Positions 6,933 through 8,888 of a stretch of 8,888 bases of DNA are shown piece after piece. Source of the stretch: Azolla caroliniana (taxonomy: Eukaryota; Plantae; Polypodiophyta); contig JBHGNT010001407.1 in assembly GCA_043228905.1 (NCBI GenBank), positions 1-8,888 on the forward strand. The letters run 5' to 3'. Under the pieces are notes generated by a model. The model was not told the DNA's origin and made no database searches. It worked only from the letters and a program-made list of their open reading frames with translations. How positions within the stretch are numbered: the stretch's first letter is position 1; each line of letters opens with the position of its first letter. The position numbers were made by a program, and so were the translations under genes.

Positions 6933-7331
6933 AATCTTCAAAACATAAAATTACGAGAAGAGTTGTCCAACTTAAACAACCTTTCGGAGAGCTACATTGA
7001 CACAATAATAAGCAACTACTTGAATGATGTAAAATTGAAAACATGGGAGAGCAAGGGTTGGCCAACAAGATTCCCAAACTACAAGATGAGTAAGATTGCT
7101 TTGCATGCATTTACAAGAGTGCTAGCGAGGGACATTGATTAGAGAGCTGATGGACAAAAAATATACGTCAATTGTGTGCATCCTGGCTACGTTCAAACTG
7201 ACATGACAGACAATTATGGAAACCGCACTCCTCAACAAGGTGCCGAGTACATATTGAGAGTAGCTCTCATTGCTATTGAAGATTGTCCTTCTGGACAATA
7301 CTTCAATGAGGACAAAATCGATGAATTTTGA
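6933..7331 (+). pseudogene. SDR copy 2, exon 5 with premature stop
   Basis: Colinear with 495-893 (399 nt). GAT CAG in copy 1 is GAT TAG here (7140-7142); the frame continues RADGQKIYVNCVHPGYVQTDM...KIDEF to the ancestral TGA at 7329-7331. Confidence 0.93.
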
Positions 7332-7842
7332 TATTTATATGTGGAAACTTTGCATTCAAATATTCTATCTCATGTGTATATGTTTATTCTGTATGCATTT
7401 TTGGCACTTGTATTGAGTAATGATAGAGTTAAAATGCATAGGAAAAGAGAATGTAATAAGATAGATGTGAGTATTGTGCACCAAGTCAACGTAATCTAAT
7501 GTTTTGCGATTATAATTGTTATTTCAAATTTTTCTTTAATGTGCACTAACTAAAGACATGGTTACATTATGAAAAACAAGGCATCTACAAGTGTAAGTAA
7601 CTACAATGCATGAAGTTGAACATTGGTTAGGTGGAACAAAATAGAAAATCGAATGTATACCAAAGTAATATACCAACAACCAAATGTATAATTAGATTCA
7701 AGTGAAAACATTTCTATGATACCAAATATACTTATTGCATTAAGCATACTAGGTAGTGACGTCAAAGTTCTAGTATAGGTGATGGAACCATGCTATTTTC
7801 ACATGTGAAAGTTGAAACTAGTGAAGGGCCCTCGTTTTTCTC

Positions 7843-8200
7843 GAGCTAAACCAAACCGTTAAGCCATGACTTGATGGGTTATCCGTTCTAATTTATTTAA
7901 ATGGTTTCATTTAGTTTGGTTTGGTTCTAAACCTTGGCATTATAGTTTTATTGGTTTAAGTGGTTGTAATTAATGGTTTATTGGTTTTTGTTTAAACTTT
8001 TTATGTTTCCCTAATTGTTTAATGGTTTAGTTAATTTAACAACTTAATTAATAGCTTTTTATTTTATTATTTAATTAATAGCTTTTTGTTTATAACGTAT
8101 AATTAATTTAAGTTAAATGTTTTCTAATTGATTGGGTTTTGCATGTTTAATTGTTTAATTGACGACTTAAAGAGATTGATAGTCTAAAACAGTTTGTTTT
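7843..8200. mobile_element. Degenerate relative of the 1457-1861 element (remnant; boundaries approximate)
   Basis: ccaaaccgttaagccatgacttgatgggtt resembles ccgaaccgcgaaaccacgacttaatggttt (~1488-1518); repeated tggttt motifs then an AT-rich tract. No TIR/TSD recognised. Confidence 0.45.
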
Positions 8201-8309
8201 GGTGTTTGTTTGGTCAAGAAACTACATTGGGTCTATCCCTACTTCAAACATCGATCTAACCCTTTTAAATGCCTAAAACTATCACAATGTTTAAAAGGGT
8301 CATAGACAA

Positions 8310-8622
8310 GACTGGTAATCTCAATTGGGTACAAGATGCTTTGCAAGTTTTCTCCGATGCTACAAGTGCATCACTTAACTGGAATAAGTTTGTCAAACTT
8401 TGGATGGGTGAAGAAACTCACCCTGTGTGGTATCCAGGTCGTTCTTTCCGATGGCTTCACCATGACTATTGTCAGATCAATGTTATTGCCATTACTATCG
8501 TCAATAAAACGTAAACTACTATATTGGGATGCCAACAATTGTCCTTTCTAAGTCGGGTGTCGGGTTGTAATAGCCAACTCAGTACTATTGGCTTCAATCT
8601 GTTTGGCTATTTTCTGTCATGA
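8310..8622 (+). mobile_element. Decayed non-LTR retrotransposon (L1/Tx1-like LINE) ORF2 fragment, end of RT domain and following region
   Basis: Pieces in successive frames: NLNWVQDALQVFSDATSASLNWNKF (cf. L..F..ASG..IN..KS), LLSSIKRKLLYW, then LSFLSR/VVIANSVLLASI/YFLS (cf. LS..GR....N.VL.S...Y). Multiple frameshifts and a probable internal deletion (no YLG motif seen). Confidence 0.75.
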
Positions 8623-8630
8623 AGACATAC

Positions 8631-8695
8631 GACTTATCAGAGTCGAACCCACAACTTCTTGGTCTATATGTTGAACCTTTAACCATTGTAATAAC
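8631..8695 (-). mobile_element. tRNA-derived (SINE-like) head with degenerate Pol III A and B boxes
   Basis: Minus strand reads tattacaatggttaa...gtGGGTTCGACTCt. B box at 8639-8650, A-box-like at ~8681-8693, tRNA-like spacing. It does not fold as a full cloverleaf. Confidence 0.45.
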
Positions 8696-8700
8696 ATATA

Positions 8701-8888
8701 TGATGTATAGTTATATAATTATATTTTTAGTTATTACAAGATATTTGGAATATTTTAGAACATTCTTGAATATTTCATGATTATATTTATTATCATAAAT
8801 ATCTAAAATATTTTAGAACATTCTAGAATACTCCATAAGGATCTATAAATAGGTGTTTATATATTCATCACAACTCATTCGGTTCAAC
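8701..8888 (+). mobile_element. Probable start (U3) of a Ty1/copia-type LTR, truncated by the window edge
   Basis: Begins TG, AT-rich, with aatattttagaacattct repeated at 8749-8766 and 8807-8824, followed by CTATAAATAGG at 8843-8853, a pattern common in plant copia LTRs. The end of the LTR is not visible. Confidence 0.45.

Larger units (their letters stand above)
4863..7331 (+). pseudogene. SDR copy 2 (carbonyl reductase / neomenthol dehydrogenase / salutaridine reductase-like), five exons, disrupted
   Basis: join(4863-4879, 5222-5518, 6223-6303, 6602-6775, 6933-7331), all GT-AG, gives ~322 codons with TGGSKGIG, LDIL|VNNAA, TNYYG, NVGS, YKMSK and NCVHPG. Frameshift at ~5340-5350 and premature TAG at 7140-7142. 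Confidence 0.88.

Noticed and set aside
7140-7142. Rescue of the TAG by U-to-C RNA editing or readthrough
   Set aside because: U-to-C editing in ferns and hornworts is organellar, whereas this is a spliceosomal nuclear gene, and the upstream frameshift would still inactivate it.

Overview
AT-rich eukaryotic nuclear DNA with spliceosomal GT-AG introns, most likely a land plant; a fern or other seed-free plant is a weak inference. The window holds two head-to-tail copies, about 6.44 kb apart, of a carbonyl-reductase-like classical short-chain dehydrogenase/reductase (SDR; neomenthol dehydrogenase/salutaridine reductase-like). Copy 1 is cut by the left edge, and its last two exons (165-338, 495-893) are intact. 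Copy 2 is complete with five exons (4863-7331) but carries a frameshift (~5340-5350) and a CAG>TAG nonsense codon (7140-7142), so it looks like a recent pseudogene. Between and after the genes are a TIR/TSD-bounded hAT-like MITE, a possible solo LTR with a minisatellite, ~107-bp tandem repeats and a near-perfect 62-bp-arm hairpin upstream of copy 2. The right end holds a decayed LINE ORF2 fragment, a tRNA-like (SINE-type) head and the start of a probable copia-type LTR. I see no convincing wholly new system. The best leads are the long hairpin, the active-site-biased divergence of the SDR pair and the mosaic 103-bp duplication over the copy 1 stop codon. All alignments and counts were done by eye.
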